Position numbers and translations under genes: made by a program. From NCBI GenBank assembly GCA_003427395.1, contig BFEA01000041.1, positions 706,583 to 768,290 of the forward strand: a stretch of 61,708 nt of DNA. The letters run 5' to 3'. The notes under the pieces were generated by a model. The model saw only the letters and a list, made by a program, of their open reading frames with translations, searched no databases and was not told the DNA's origin. The stretch comes from Chara braunii. Its lineage: Eukaryota > Plantae > Charophyceae. The number at the start of each line of letters is the position of its first letter. The first letter of the stretch is position 1. This document shows positions 37,215 to 49,260 of the stretch, one piece after another.

Positions 37215-40200
37215 TTTTTTTTTTTTTTTTTTTTTTTTTTTNNNNNNNNNNNNNNNNNNNNNNNNNNNNNNNNNNNNNNNNNNNNNNNNNNNNNNNNNNN
37301 NNNNNNNNNNNNNNNNNNNNNNNNNNNNNNNNNNNNNNNNNNNNNNNNNNNNNNNNNNNNNNNNNNNNNNNNNNNNNNNNNNNNNNNNNNNNNNNNNNNN
37401 NNNNNNNNNNNNNNNNNNNNNNNNNNNNNNNNNNNNNNNNNNNNNNNNNNNNNNNNNNNNNNNNNNNNNNNNNNNNNNNNNNNNNNNNNNNNNNNNNNNN
37501 NNNNNNNNNNNNNNNNNNNNNNNNNNNNNNNNNNNNNNNNNNNNNNNNNNNNNNNNNNNNNNNNNNNNNNNNNNNNNNNNNNNNNNNNNNNNNNNNNNNN
37601 NNNNNNNNNNNNNNNNNNNNNNNNNNNNNNNNNNNNNNNNNNNNNNNNNNNNNNNNNNNNNNNNNNNNNNNNNNNNNNNNNNNNNNNNNNNNNNNNNNNN
37701 NNNNNNNNNNNNNNNNNNNNNNNNNNNNNNNNNNNNNNNNNNNNNNNNNNNNNNNNNNNNNNNNNNNNNNNNNNNNNNNNNNNNNNNNNNNNNNNNNNNN
37801 NNNNNNNNNNNNNNNNNNNNNNNNNNNNNNNNNNNNNNNNNNNNNNNNNNNNNNNNNNNNNNNNNNNNNNNNNNNNNNNNNNNNNNNNNNNNNNNNNNNN
37901 NNNNNNNNNNNNNNNNNNNNNNNNNNNNNNNNNNNNNNNNNNNNNNNNNNNNNNNNNNNNNNNNNNNNNNNNNNNNNNNNNNNNNNNNNNNNNNNNNNNN
38001 NNNNNNNNNNNNNNNNNNNNNNNNNNNNNNNNNNNNNNNNNNNNNNNNNNNNNNNNNNNNNNNNNNNNNNNNNNNNNNNNNNNNNNNNNNNNNNNNNNNN
38101 NNNNNNNNNNNNNNNNNNNNNNNNNNNNNNNNNNNNNNNNNNNNNNNNNNNNNNNNNNNNNNNNNNNNNNNNGGGGGTTGGGAGGGCTGCGGGGGGGGGC
38201 AATGTTCTCGATTGCAGACAGAGCCAGGTTGTAGTGAGGCGTCGGGGGCGTCTGTGTGTCTCCCCTCGCTGTGGGGTATCAGAACTAACGGGGGGGTCTT
38301 AGGTGGGATTGTGAAGTCCTTTGTTGGTCGAAGGGGCCACGGGCGATCCCGGGGTGGCCAGAGGCCCCATTTGAGGTTATTTCGTGTGTCCACATCCGCT
38401 ATCCTTCGCTGCGGGTCAAGCCATATGTCCTTAAACGTATTTACCTCGTCGTCCCTTTTTTGTTGATCAGTGATGGTGGTCAGTGACTCCTTTAGTGACT
38501 TCCAAGCTTTCATAATGTTGGCGTTTATGGTTTCCGTGATCTCTATTTTGGCCTCAGGTAGACCAAAGGTATGTTCACGGCGCTCAAAGGCGCATCTTGC
38601 TCTCCATATGGTCATCAGGACGGTAAGTCTTGTGGTTTGATAAAGATTATATTCAAACGCTGTCCATTCTGAAGTCGTGAGTTNAGGGGACCCCAGCAGC
38701 AGTGCGCTGGGTCGCCACNNCAGGTCTTTCNCNGTTAGGGATCTCCAGGCTGCATCCCACCANCTCCATATCTGTTGTGCCATGGGGCACTCCAGCAGGC
38801 AATGCTCCAGGTTCGCCCGTTTGGGGGGGGACGACCTCCCACAGTAGGCACAGATCGGAGAGAGGAGCCCTTTCTGCTCCAGCCTTGATCTTGATACAAG
38901 CCAGTCCGGTGTTGGGAGGCATCGATGCCATATCTGCCATTGTAATGCCCGGAGTGAGGTCGGCATTATTTTGGCAATTTTGGTCCAGTCAGGCCTCGGG
39001 AGTTGGTGTTCCAGGAAAGGCGAGTCTCTAATCCATCGCTTCCTGAGACGTTTGTCCATGGGTTCTCGTGCGTGGGTCGACCTGTAGCAGTCTTTGACTG
39101 TGTATTGCCAGATTTGCAATGGGTACTTGTCTTTCCACTGCCATTCTGCGGGGTCGAATGGGAGGGAACAGATGGGGATTGTGGGTTGATATGCCCAGTA
39201 TCCTTTTTCTTCGTCCCCCCCCACTCTGATCCTTAGCAGTTCAGCCCACCCACATTGACTGTCCAACTCAACGTTCTTAGTAAGTTTTGGCGAATTTGGA
39301 TCCGGGCAATGTGGTTTAATATGCTTGCAGGGTCACTTGTGTTCCATGTATGTGTTGCACTTGAAAGATGACCATCGGGGTTGGTAGAGACGTGTGCTGG
39401 ATTACCTTGTCTCCTGGTCTGATCTCCGGGCCTGTTCTCAGTGCTAGAACCCATGACAAAGGGACTGCCTCCTATAGTTCGGATAACTTTTCTTGTAGCT
39501 TCTTGGTGTGTTTGAGTTGTGGTCTGAGGAGGTTTGCCGATTTCCATCTTTTCTTCCCCATATCCCACAGGTCTCCCACCGTATAGATGCCTTTGCGTGT
39601 CCATGCCAGCCAGTGTGATCCGGTGGTTAGGGAGAAAGGATTCCCCCTTGCATCCACCACCTCTGGGTTGCCAAAGATTGGCTGTTTCCATATGTCATGC
39701 CATCTCGACGGGGTGGGGTTCTTCGTAGGCCCGATTTGTCGCCAGAGGTGCAAGAGCTCCGACCAGAGAGGATCATAGGTCAAGTCTTCTCTGGTTCGGT
39801 CTCGGGTGGATGCGTACGGCCCTTGGCTAGGTCTGGTGTTTTGAGCAGGCTTAGGGATCGTCCAATGGGCGTTAGTAAGCCAGGCCAGGGGGTGGATTGG
39901 TCTTCTCGCACTTGACGGTGGGGCGAGATCTGCAAGTTGCAGCAGTGTCAAGGGGGCCCATGGCACATCATTGGTCATGAGTAATCTAACTATAGTCTTA
40001 AAAATCAGTGCTTTGCACTGGTCTCCCGGGTCTATGATTGCTAGGCCGCCTTTAGCACGCGGATGCACCACATACTTCCATGCCACTCTCTTGATGGTTG
40101 TGGTGAGTTCGTGGTCGTTTCTCCACAGGTAGGCTGCCAACGCTCCCCTGAGCCTAGTCAGGTTTTTTTCCCCAGGGTGCCAAAAGGCAGCCTTATACCA

Positions 40201-42680
40201 AATAGTTGACAGGATGGCATTGTTGATGGCGAGTGCCCGACCCACCAGTGAGGTGTGCAAACCTTTCCATTTTGCCATCCTTTGTATTGCCAAGTCCACC
40301 AATGTGGATCCATGGTCCTTGGGGGGACCGAGGGCAGTGAATTTGACTCCCAGGACTCTGATATCCTCGTCTCTCGGCTTCCAATTGACTGCAGGGTGGG
40401 GAGGCGGACCGAAGCCTCCCGGGTGCAGCCACCACCCCTCTGTTTTTGTGCCCCAATTGACAGACATATCTGCTGCCACTGAGAACAGATGGATGGTATG
40501 TGCCAATGCGTGTAGGCTATCCGGTGTGGCTTTTAGGAGGACCGTGAGATCATCTGCAAATAGAGATGTGATCGGGATGCAGTGATACGGCAATTCTGGT
40601 ATGTCTATCCGTTCGATTGCCGGATTAGATCTGATGAGAGCTGCCAGGGTCTCCATGACAAGGGCAAAAAGGAGCGGGGCAATGGGGTCCCCTTGTCTCA
40701 CCGACCTTTGCAGGGGGAAGGGCGGTGCGAGGTGGCCATTTAGCATTACATTTGTAGATGCTCCTGAATGCAAACATGTAACCCATTATCTAAATACTGG
40801 GCCAAAGTTCATCTTGTCGAGGCACATGTCCAGGAAGCACCGTCCACATGGTCATAGGCCTTCTCGAAGTCAATAAAGAGGACCGCCGCCTCTACTCTCC
40901 TCTGTCTGGCGTACTTGATTGTTTCATTAACCAGTAATATGTTATTTTGTATGTTCCGATTAGGCATGAAACCCGTTTGGTCTATATGAATGAGAACCGC
41001 CATGTGGGGCAGGAGGCGGTTGCACAAGGCTTTTGCCACCATCTTGTACGGTAGGGGAAGGAGTGTGATTGGTCTATAATTGCGTATGTCCTCCTTGTCT
41101 CCCTTCTTGTATATAAGAGTGGTGACTCCCTGGCTCAGCAGCGGACCAAAGGTTCCTTCTTGTTGCACAGCTTGCACATACTCCATGATGTCATCCCCCA
41201 AAGTTTCCCAGAAGGCAATCCAGAATTCTTTAGGGAAGGCATCGAGCCCCGGGGTTTTCTCGTCATCCATGCCTTGTAGTGCCTCATATAATTCTTCCCT
41301 GGTCAGCGGGCTCTCCAAGGTTTGTCTTTGTTGTTGTGTGAGGAGCGCCCCGAGGTTCTGCAGCAGCGCTGTCCTTGCATGGGTCAGGGCCTCATCTCCC
41401 CATTGAGTCGAGTGCGATGTGAAGAGGTCCCGATAGTACACTGTGGCATTGTCAACCACCTTATAAGGGCTTACTACTGTTGGTTGGTGGCGGTCAAATG
41501 GGTGTTTCAGTCCTGCGACCAGGTTCTGTCTAGATCTGCACTTTGCTTTTTGGAAGAAGGTTTTGGACATTGTGCCCTCTGTTGTGCCCTTGCGTATACG
41601 TGCCTGGATCCTCCATGTTTCTGCCCTTTAGTCTAGGTAGGTCTGGAGGTGGTCCCGGGCTTGCTGCAATTGGTCGAATGTGTTCACGTCCAGGGGGCGA
41701 TCTGATAGCTCGCTGTCCCATTCTTCCAACGTCTTGAGCAGCGCTTCCAGTACTGCCCTTTTTTCCTTGGCGTGTTTGATGGAGAACTTTTTGACCCGTT
41801 CTCTCAGTCTGGCCACCCCTTCGTTAAACCATTCAACCCTCGAAGCGTGTCTGTCTTTGCATGTAGACCAAAAACCCCAGAACTCTTTCACCTGATCCTT
41901 GAGTTCGTCAAGCTTCAGGAGAGAGGTGTTGAGTTTGTAGAAGCCATGGCCTCTTTCTATGAGAGCGTGGAAGGAAAGACCTAGGGCAATACATTTGTTG
42001 TCCAGGGCTCTGCATGGGCTAACCGGGCTTATTTCTGCCACTACTAGCGCCCCGACAAGGTCCTGTGACATAAGTATGAGATTTATTCGGGAGTTGGAGA
42101 GTCCCGCCTCTCCCCTAGATCTAATGCATGTGTACGCTCTTTTGTTCGGGTGTAGCAGTCTGTATGTGTCCACTAATTGTCTCTCTGCCATTAGGTTGGC
42201 CAGTTGGGTGATGTCCGGCGTTATTGGGTGGGACCCCGGGAGTGCTGCCGATCTTCTGTCCATATTTGGGTCTGGTGTGATATTGAGGTCGCCTGCAATC
42301 ATGACTGGCACGTCCCACTGAATGTGTTCCTCCAGATCCTGAAGGAAGGCAACTCATTCAATCGGGTCGTTCGGTCAGTACGCACTTACCAAGCACATTC
42401 TTTCCTCACCCGCTGTGGCCAGCAGGTACACCCACCTTCCGTTTTGGCGATCGTAGTCCCAAGAAAGCGGGACTAACCTTGAGGAGGGCAGTAGCCAAAT
42501 GGACACTCCTGCTGATGCACGTGCTGCTGCCGGCGCTGCGAAGGATTGATACGGCCAGATTGTAGACATTTTAGCATTGTGGGCAGGCGAGTCTGACAGA
42601 TGGGTTTCTTGTACACAGATGGCGTCCGGCCAGCTGCCTAGCCTGCCATCGTTCAGCTGTTCCCAGATGGCATTCTTTTT
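37215..42680 (-). mobile_element. LINE-C: L1/Tx1-clade element related to LINE-A, 5'-truncated in the APE, inserted antisense in the LINE-B 3' UTR
   Basis: WPDAICVQETHL, GDLN, NYRPITLL, IDFEKAYD, QGDP, FADD (40549-40560), DMSVNWGTKTEGWW (LINE-A: DMSVNWGSKTLGWW), CAYC...EHCLLEC; poly(T) 37215-37241; short TTGG(TT) duplication; 3' UTR lies in a gap. Confidence 0.92.
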
Positions 42681-42842
42681 TTGGTTAAGGTTTTCAATGT
42701 AGAGTAAAATAGAACTCGTTGGTAGGCTGAATGCAGGGAATGCTTTAAGGTTTAACTTTAGATCAGCCAATCCCTCTTTTTTTCTGAGCCTCAAGAGCAA
42801 TTTTTTTGAGAAGTCTTAATTTTTGAGAGGTAGAGTGGTCTT

Positions 42843-42866
42843 GGGACGCTGGACCCAGTTTCCAGC
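42843..42866 (+). ncRNA. First pseudoknot of the conserved module, in the LINE-B 3' UTR
   Basis: GGGACGCTGGACCCAGTTTCCAGC about 90 nt before the poly(A) tail. Confidence 0.55.
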
Positions 42867-43443
42867 GCGGTTTTCTGAGCTCTCTCCGGGTAGAATTGTG
42901 AGGTCCCCGGCCTCAACCACAGACCTTTGCTTGTTAATGTAAAGTGACAACTTCTCAAAAAAAAAGAAAAAAAGCCGAGTTTTCTCAACGCTGAGCTTTC
43001 TATCACGTGTGGCATGGTGGGACGGAGCTCTTCTGGTTGGATTGGAAGGAAAGAAAGCGAGGCCGACATCAGCGAGAAGCCGACATCAGCGTGAAGCTGA
43101 GATCAGCCGTACGCATCACACAAGAATGCTAAAAAGGCAACATGCCAGATTATGTGTAACTCGGAAAAGCTTCGTGAACTCTTAAAAAGATAGGAGTTAC
43201 AGCACCAAGAGTAGCTCTTCTATGGATAGGAAGGTAAGCTCCAAGAGAAAACACCATAGTCGGGCTATGGTGTTAAACATAGTCCGCTACTACGGGCGAT
43301 GGTCTGGCTTCTGGCTTCCCTCTACCGGTTTCGGCTAGAGCCAGATCTAGCCTCTTCAAGGAGGGGAAGAGAAACTAACTCCGAGATGACGGGTAAGTAA
43401 AAATTATTCCTAATAAATACTAGAGCCTCATCTTTCTACTCCT

Positions 43444-43552
43444 GGTAACCTGGGGCTAGGTCCCACTTAAGCGATATTGACCGTAGATAGCAGAGATCAA
43501 CGGCTAGAATCTCTTAATCCGTGCAAGTGGGACCTTGGCCCTGGTTGCTTAC
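43444..43552. repeat. Small hairpin/MITE-like inverted repeat
   Basis: GGGCTAGGTCCCACTT...AAGTGGGACCTTGGCCC. Confidence 0.5.
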
Positions 43553-44822
43553 TACCGTATTCTCGTATTCCCTAAGTATCTCCTGGAAATGCAGAATAAA
43601 ATTTTAAAATAATAGAAAATTCCGAAAAGGTGGCAGTTCAGTGGCCCCCGAGTTCAGTTTGCTTCAGAGAGAAAAACGTTTCGACTAGTCCTGTATTTAC
43701 TTCAGGAATTACACGGAAAAACACGGAAAACCTCCCGCTCCCAGAAAGAGATCCCTCTGTCTTGTTGTGTGAAAAAAAAAGAAAAGAAAAAAAAAGAAAG
43801 AAAGAGATCTCTCAAAAATCAAGGCCTTTCCTGTCGTTTCCTTTACAGCTCACGTGTGGCTGCGGGCCAGACAGTTCCTGCCTTTTCGATCAGACTTTCG
43901 GGTTTATCAAAAACTAGGTTTTACCCTCAGATTTTGAGGATCAGAAAATCCTTTCGGTTTTTATTTCTACCAAACACAGTATTTTCTACCCCAAGTGTCC
44001 CAGGACGCAGCTCATCTCCGAATAAATTTATTCGGGCAATCGTCGAAATATTTTCCTGCGTAGTCCTGCAGCCTGCAGGTGTAGAAGTCTTTTAAGAGAT
44101 AGTAGCCCTAGTCCAGTCAGTTCGATGTCCGAAGTCATCTAATATATTCTATGCAGACAGCACGTTATTACCGCCTTTTTCTGCGGAACTGCTGAGTAGG
44201 AGTTGAAGTCCTGGATTGTCCTGAAAGTGAGTTCTCCGTTTTCCCATATTTCCTTAAAATTTCTCTGAATTAACTGGGTTGTCACTTTCCTCCCTGTTTC
44301 CACTTTAATCCTTGTTCCCAAAAAATCCCATTCCCCCCTTCCCTCGTCCGTACGTTCCCATATTTCCTTAAAATTTCTCAGAATTAACTGGAATGGCCCT
44401 TTCCGTTTGGGCAGGAGACCATTTTAAGTTTACAAAACTACCCTACCCCGCCAGGGTTGATTTCTCAACTTATGGGCCTTGCTGCACTACTCTCGACATG
44501 CACAAAAAACAAAAATCATGGCGTGTATCTTTCCGTATCCTGGCGGAAGATTCAATCTCGTTTTGCGCATTTCGAGAGTAGTGCAGCGAGGCCCTATGTG
44601 CCTTTCTTTTTTTTGTTTTTTAAGACATCATTACACCCTGAAACGGAGGAACTCTGACAGCTGTGTTTGGCTCTCTCGCATCAAGCTCTCTTCATTCTTG
44701 AACACATCTGGCCATCCATGTTGTCCCTGTCCATTTTACAAATGGTGACCTCCTGCCCCCTCACCACGGGAAGTATCCTTTTTCCACGGAGACATTCACT
44801 CCTACTGTGCCAGAAGTGTTTC

Positions 44823-45335
44823 GCGAGGAGGCGGGTGGGTTTGCAGGGTCTTCCGACCCTAGCCGCGCGGGTGGTAGGGCCTTCCCACAGGGGAGAAGTT
44901 GTTGGATTGGTTTTTGCATGGGGTTGGGATTTTCTTCTGACATCCTATTTTCTTGATTGGGATTGGAGAGTCTTGCTCCGCGGGTGCTTCATCATGGAGG
45001 GCAGTGAAGACTCCATTGCGAGGCGAAATGTAGATGAGAGGAGTGGTGTACCCTAAATCGCGAGGAGGTGGGTGGGTTCTGCGGGGTCTTTGGCCCCTGC
45101 TGCGCGGGTGGTAGGGTATTTCCGCAGGTTAGCGAAATTGCCATCACAGTGGGAGTTGGCAGTTTTGGTAGGTGACTGTCGGCGGTGGTGCTCTCCGCAA
45201 GGTGGGTGGGACTTTGCGGGTCTGAGTCTGCGGTTGGGGGCCCGGTGACCCAGACCCCGGCCGTGCGGGAGGTAGGGCGGATTGGTTGGGGGCCCGGCGA
45301 CCCAGACCCCGGCCGTGCCGGAGGTAGGGTGGATA
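44823..45335 (+). repeat. Degenerate G-rich direct repeats (GGGTGGG..GCGGGTGGTAGGG), including a 53-bp tandem pair
   Basis: Copies at about 44823, 45060, 45200; GGTTGGGGGCCCGG..CCCAGACCCCGGCCGTG twice. Confidence 0.6.
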
Positions 45336-45339
45336 GGTA

Positions 45340-45605
45340 GGGTTTGGTGTTTAACAGAGGATGGAGGATTTTGTTAATGGCATTACTTACTTAGGATTTT
45401 TGCATATTCTTTTCTTATGTTCCTTTTGTTGAGCCTTTTCCATGATGTGAGGGACCCTGGACCCGGTTTCCGGCTTTTATAAATTCAAAAGCAGCCGTCG
45501 TATGAACCAGGTATAAATTCAAAAGTTCATATAAATTCGAAAGCAGCCGTCGTATGAACCAGGCCGAAGCCCCTGGATCATACGACATTAGGCTGCCTGT
45601 GTTTC

Positions 45606-45634
<29 letters not shown>
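45340..45634 (+). mobile_element. Truncated LINE 3' end (pseudoknot head 45451-45474, hairpin, poly(A))
   Basis: GGGACCCTGGACCCGGTTTCCGGC; hairpin GCAGCCGTCGTATGAACCAGG/CCTGGATCATACGAC..GGCTGC; TTTC then long A tail. Confidence 0.65.
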
Positions 45635-45639
<5 letters not shown>

Positions 45640-46334
45640 TTTCTCCGAGTTACATAATAAAAAATAAGGCGAAAAGCTGTTTCTAGCGTTTTTTTTCAGT
45701 TCTTTTATTTCTTGTTTCGAATTTATTAATGTCAAAAATTCTCAAAATGGTGTCCCACGGTTGCGTTTTCCTGAACTTAAACTTGGGCGGTGTCAAAAAG
45801 GCCGACAGAATAGTACGCCATCCGTTCCATGATGATATTAAAAAACAAACAAAAAAAAGGAGTTCGGTGTGGTTATCATTGGCAACTTCTTTCAATGGGA
45901 AACAAGTAGACCGAGAAATGGTCCAAAAAAAAAAAAAAAAAAAACTATCCGAAACAAGCACAGCCAGTTTCCGGATGCCTGTAACAAGTCCGGCTGTCCG
46001 TGATCTGCCTGTGTGCACCACGCGGCTGCCAACGGCTGGGATTGTCTCAGTGATTACGAGAGCGCTGGGCATGAATTTGAAGTTTTCCCTCACAATGCCT
46101 CTGAGTCACGGGTCTCGTACTTCCACGAACGTGCCATGTGGCTAACAACCAGGCACAGTTCGAATTACATAGCAGCTGCCATCGTCAACCTATCCCCACC
46201 ATATTCCAGGGCAGCGCTTCTCACCCCCAACCATTCCTCCCTCCCTCCCCCCCCCNNNNNNNNNNNNNNNNNNNNNNNNNNNNNNNNNNNNNNNNNNNNN
46301 NNNNNNNNNNNNNNNNNNNNNNNNNNNNNNNNNN

Positions 46335-46379
<45 letters not shown>

Positions 46380-47152
46380 TGTAAAAGCTATGGCATCCTC
46401 TGCCCACAGCCCCCCCAAACGATAAAACAGCAGTTACGGCACCGCTTAGCCCCTCAGCACCGGCGACGAAAGGCAGTAAAAGAAAGGACCCCTTTAATGG
46501 TTTAGCGGCACCAATTTGATCTCCCTCAAGAAGCGATGCCGACGAGAAGTGACCTTTCCAAATGCCCATACGAAAGAGCAGAAGTTAAGTAACTGTTGCG
46601 GGCCATCACCGCCGTTGCCCGCCATAGCTGGTCATCGATCGGACCACACTTGCTTGGATCCCACCACACTGTCAGAGTGACTCTCCTCGTAGAGCATCAT
46701 GCTCATCCACAGAGAAAGGCCATTCAATCCATTTCAAACGTGAATGCGGGTCACTGGGAAGGGTCAAGCCTTGGCTTCACACTCAAATTACTCAATTACC
46801 CTTGCGTTCAGAGGCGTCAAGGTCCTTCCGTCGAAAACCGTGGCAGGCTGACTACACACACAAAGCCTAAAATTTAATAAATACTATTCGACATCAAAGC
46901 CTTTAATGGGGCCCCATTGCACTGCATTCCCCCGCCATCTACATGCTCGGCGACTATCTACGTCAACCCAATGCCCATGCATGCCTGTCCTCCCGAAACT
47001 ACGATAGAAACGTTCACACCCATCTTTGACTCTGCAGACTCTGCACTGACTCTGCAGCCTTGTGATCAGCCTGCTCTCCACTAACTCTGCAGCCTTGTGA
47101 TCACCCTAAAGGGTAATTATTCCACCCTTACAAAGGGCCGTACCACTGAGGA

Positions 47153-47278
47153 GCTAGCCTCTTCACCGAATAGAACGCCCGGCCGGTCATTATCGCCGCA
47201 TCTGGACGGAAAATCTGGGACAGATGCCCTCAGTACAGCTATGCTCACCGGGCGTTCTATTCGGGTGAACACGCTAGC
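47153..47278. mobile_element. MITE with TIR GCTAGC..TTCACCGAATAGAACGCCCGG
   Basis: About 28-bp imperfect inverted repeats. Confidence 0.55.
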
Positions 47279-47662
47279 GCTCTTGCGAGCGCCTCTACTA
47301 CGTATTACGTAACACGTTCAATTTATTTTTATTTTTATTTTTTTGTTTTCAAGCAAAATCATATTACGAAAAATGGGATGCTCATAGCTCTAGCTTTAGG
47401 CTCCCATAGGGCTGGAGGGGGAAGAGGGAAGAAAGACGAAAGGGCCAGTTGATGAGCCCATTAACTGCTGAAATTATACAGACCCAGGTTCGGATACAGA
47501 CAGAGTGATGGTCCAAATGCAATCATCAGATGAGCAGCAGAACATAATGATCTCTTCCTTTTTTTTTTTTGAAAAAAGAAAAAGCCCAGGTTGTTGTAGA
47601 GGCTGGACTATAGACATATGAGCAGAACATAATCATTCTTAATCGCCTGACGACAATAAAAA

Positions 47663-47752
47663 AAGGCCTGAGAGGCCGTCCTGTCCAGATTTGACAGGTA
47701 ATTGAATTGGTTGGGCTTAAAGAATTAGCCTTCATAAAAGAACAGGAAAAAA
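47663..47752 (+). repeat. Short A-tailed repeat, second copy at about 54923-55016
   Basis: GGCCTGAGAGGC.GTCCTG.CCAGATT.GACAGGTA..TTGAATTG.TTGGGCTT..AGAATTAGCC shared by both copies. Confidence 0.7.
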
Positions 47753-48174
47753 ATAATAATAATAACAACAATGGTCTCTCACTAGCTGGCCTAGCTCGGT
47801 TGTGACACATCTGAACCGTCGAAATACAGATCTGAGTTCGATCTCTGCTGGAAAGCAGATCAGTAACAATGATATCGCGAGGCCGTCTGGGAAAAAAAAA
47901 AAAAAAAAAAAAAAAAACGANNNNNNNNNNNNNNNNNNNNNNNNNNNNNNNNNNNNNNNNNNNNNNNNNNNNNNNNNNNNNNNNNNNNNNNNNNNNNNNN
48001 NNNNNNNNNNNNNNNNNNNNNNNNNNNNNNNNNNNNNNNNNNNNNNNNNNNNNNNNNNNNNNNNNNNNNNNNNNNNNNNNNNNNNNNNNNNNNNNNNNNN
48101 NNNNNNNNNNNNNNNNNNNNNNNGTCTCGAAAAAAGGAGACAGCTAGTTCAACGGAAAGTGGTGAGGGTAGGGG

Positions 48175-48212
48175 CTGTCTCTTATACACATCTAGATGTG
48201 TATAAGAGACAG
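48175..48212. other. Nextera mate-pair junction adapter (two back-to-back Tn5 mosaic ends); assembly artefact
   Basis: Exact CTGTCTCTTATACACATCT+AGATGTGTATAAGAGACAG; the preceding 51 bp (48124-48174) duplicate 52003-52053 exactly. Confidence 0.98.
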
Positions 48213-48354
48213 GTGCCTTGTTTTCAGCCACCTGTTCACTGTTCACAGGCATTGAAATTGGATTTCAGAGAAAAAAATAATAATAATAATCAAGGAAAAT
48301 GATTGGAAAATCGACCGGCATCCATGGGGAATAATATGCTTGTACCAGCTAGTA

Positions 48355-48490
48355 CCCGTCTTCACCCGAATAGGACGCACGGTCAGCGAATAGAATGATA
48401 GAGCGTAGCACGGTCAGCATGGCTGTCTCTAGACTGGAGGTAGCGCCCAGTACAGGTATAATGACTCCGCGTTTTATTAGTGGAAGACGG
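48355..48490. mobile_element. Tc1/pogo-like MITE remnant
   Basis: TA|CCCGTCTTCACCCGAATAGGACGC ... GCGTTTTATTAGTGGAAGACGG|TA. Confidence 0.45.
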
Positions 48491-48701
48491 TAGTCGGCGC
48501 TAATGTATCTAGACTGGAAGTAGCGCCCAGTACAGGTGTAATGACTACACGTTTGATTAGAGCAAGATCAGAGCTGAAGTGGAAGTCCCTCCTTCCTCAT
48601 ATTGATCCACCCCGATCCCGATTTGGCCGTCGCTGCTCATGCCATGGGGCTCACTGATTGGTTAGCATGCAATGAATAGGGGCCTTAGGCGGGTCGGCAT
48701 G

Positions 48702-49096
48702 TCAGCACTCTCCGACCTTCACTATGACGGCACATGCACACCTGGCAAAACAGGAGTTTGTGTACGAGAACCCGTTGGCCCCACAGACGGGGGAACCAGT
48801 AAGGGGGCAGACGCACCCCCGTGTGGGTACGCATCTGGGGCATTCGCCTTTGGTCATCGATTGGATGCACCGGCACTTGGCCTCGCACTCGTTGTTGTAG
48901 ACGTTGCCGTCACATCCGCAGACGGGACTGAAACTGGAGAGGCACGAGCAGTCCTGTCGACGAGCACACGGCGCACAAGTCACAACCGTTCCGCTCGTCT
49001 GTGCCAACCGTCGTCCCAAACCGGCCACTCCAAGCAAACACCATTGTAACACAAACAGCACAGCCAATGACCGCCCCATTCCGAGCCGCAACCTCA

Positions 49097-49097
<1 letters not shown>
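48702..49097 (-). CDS. Secreted two-domain Kazal-type serine protease inhibitor (131 aa, intronless)
   Basis: Signal-like MRLRLGMGRSLAVLFVLQWCLLGVAG; CSCLSSFSPVCGCDGNVYNNECEAKC..GEC and CVCPLTGSPVCGANGFSYTNSCFARC..GEC fit the Kazal pattern; alternative start at 49079. Confidence 0.9.
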
Positions 49098-49099
<2 letters not shown>

Positions 49100-49177
<78 letters not shown>

Positions 49178-49223
49178 GTGTGTGCGTGCGTGCGTGCGGG
49201 TGTGTGCGTGCGTGCGTGCGTGC

Positions 49224-49259
<36 letters not shown>
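49100..49259. repeat. Compound (CT)n(GTGC)n(GT)n microsatellite immediately 5' of the Kazal ATG
   Basis: Direct reading. Confidence 0.95.

Positions 49260-49260
<1 letters not shown>

Larger units (their letters stand above)
21603..42971 (+). mobile_element. LINE-B: L1/Tx1-clade element, near full length, carrying nested insertions
   Basis: ORF1, APE (VRLVSWNVKGL), RT (NYRSISILN, IADD), zinc finger (CSRC...HVWIHC); 3' UTR resumes after LINE-C and ends in poly(A) at about 42957-42973; imperfect TSD AAGTTGAGTTTTCT (21589) / AAGCCGAGTTTTCT (42972). Confidence 0.8.

Noticed and set aside
42681-42800. N-terminus of ORF 42375..42800 as the LINE-C ORF2 start
   Set aside because: Lacks the first APE motif; this sequence is the antisense of the LINE-B 3' UTR beyond the truncation point
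43190-43210. Possible tRNA primer-binding site (TGGTGCTGTAACTCC, minus strand)
   Set aside because: No LTR ending in CA next to it and no convincing tRNA match
48175-48212. Horizontally acquired Tn5/IS50 ends
   Set aside because: Synthetic mosaic ends in the exact Nextera junction arrangement, with duplicated mate sequence
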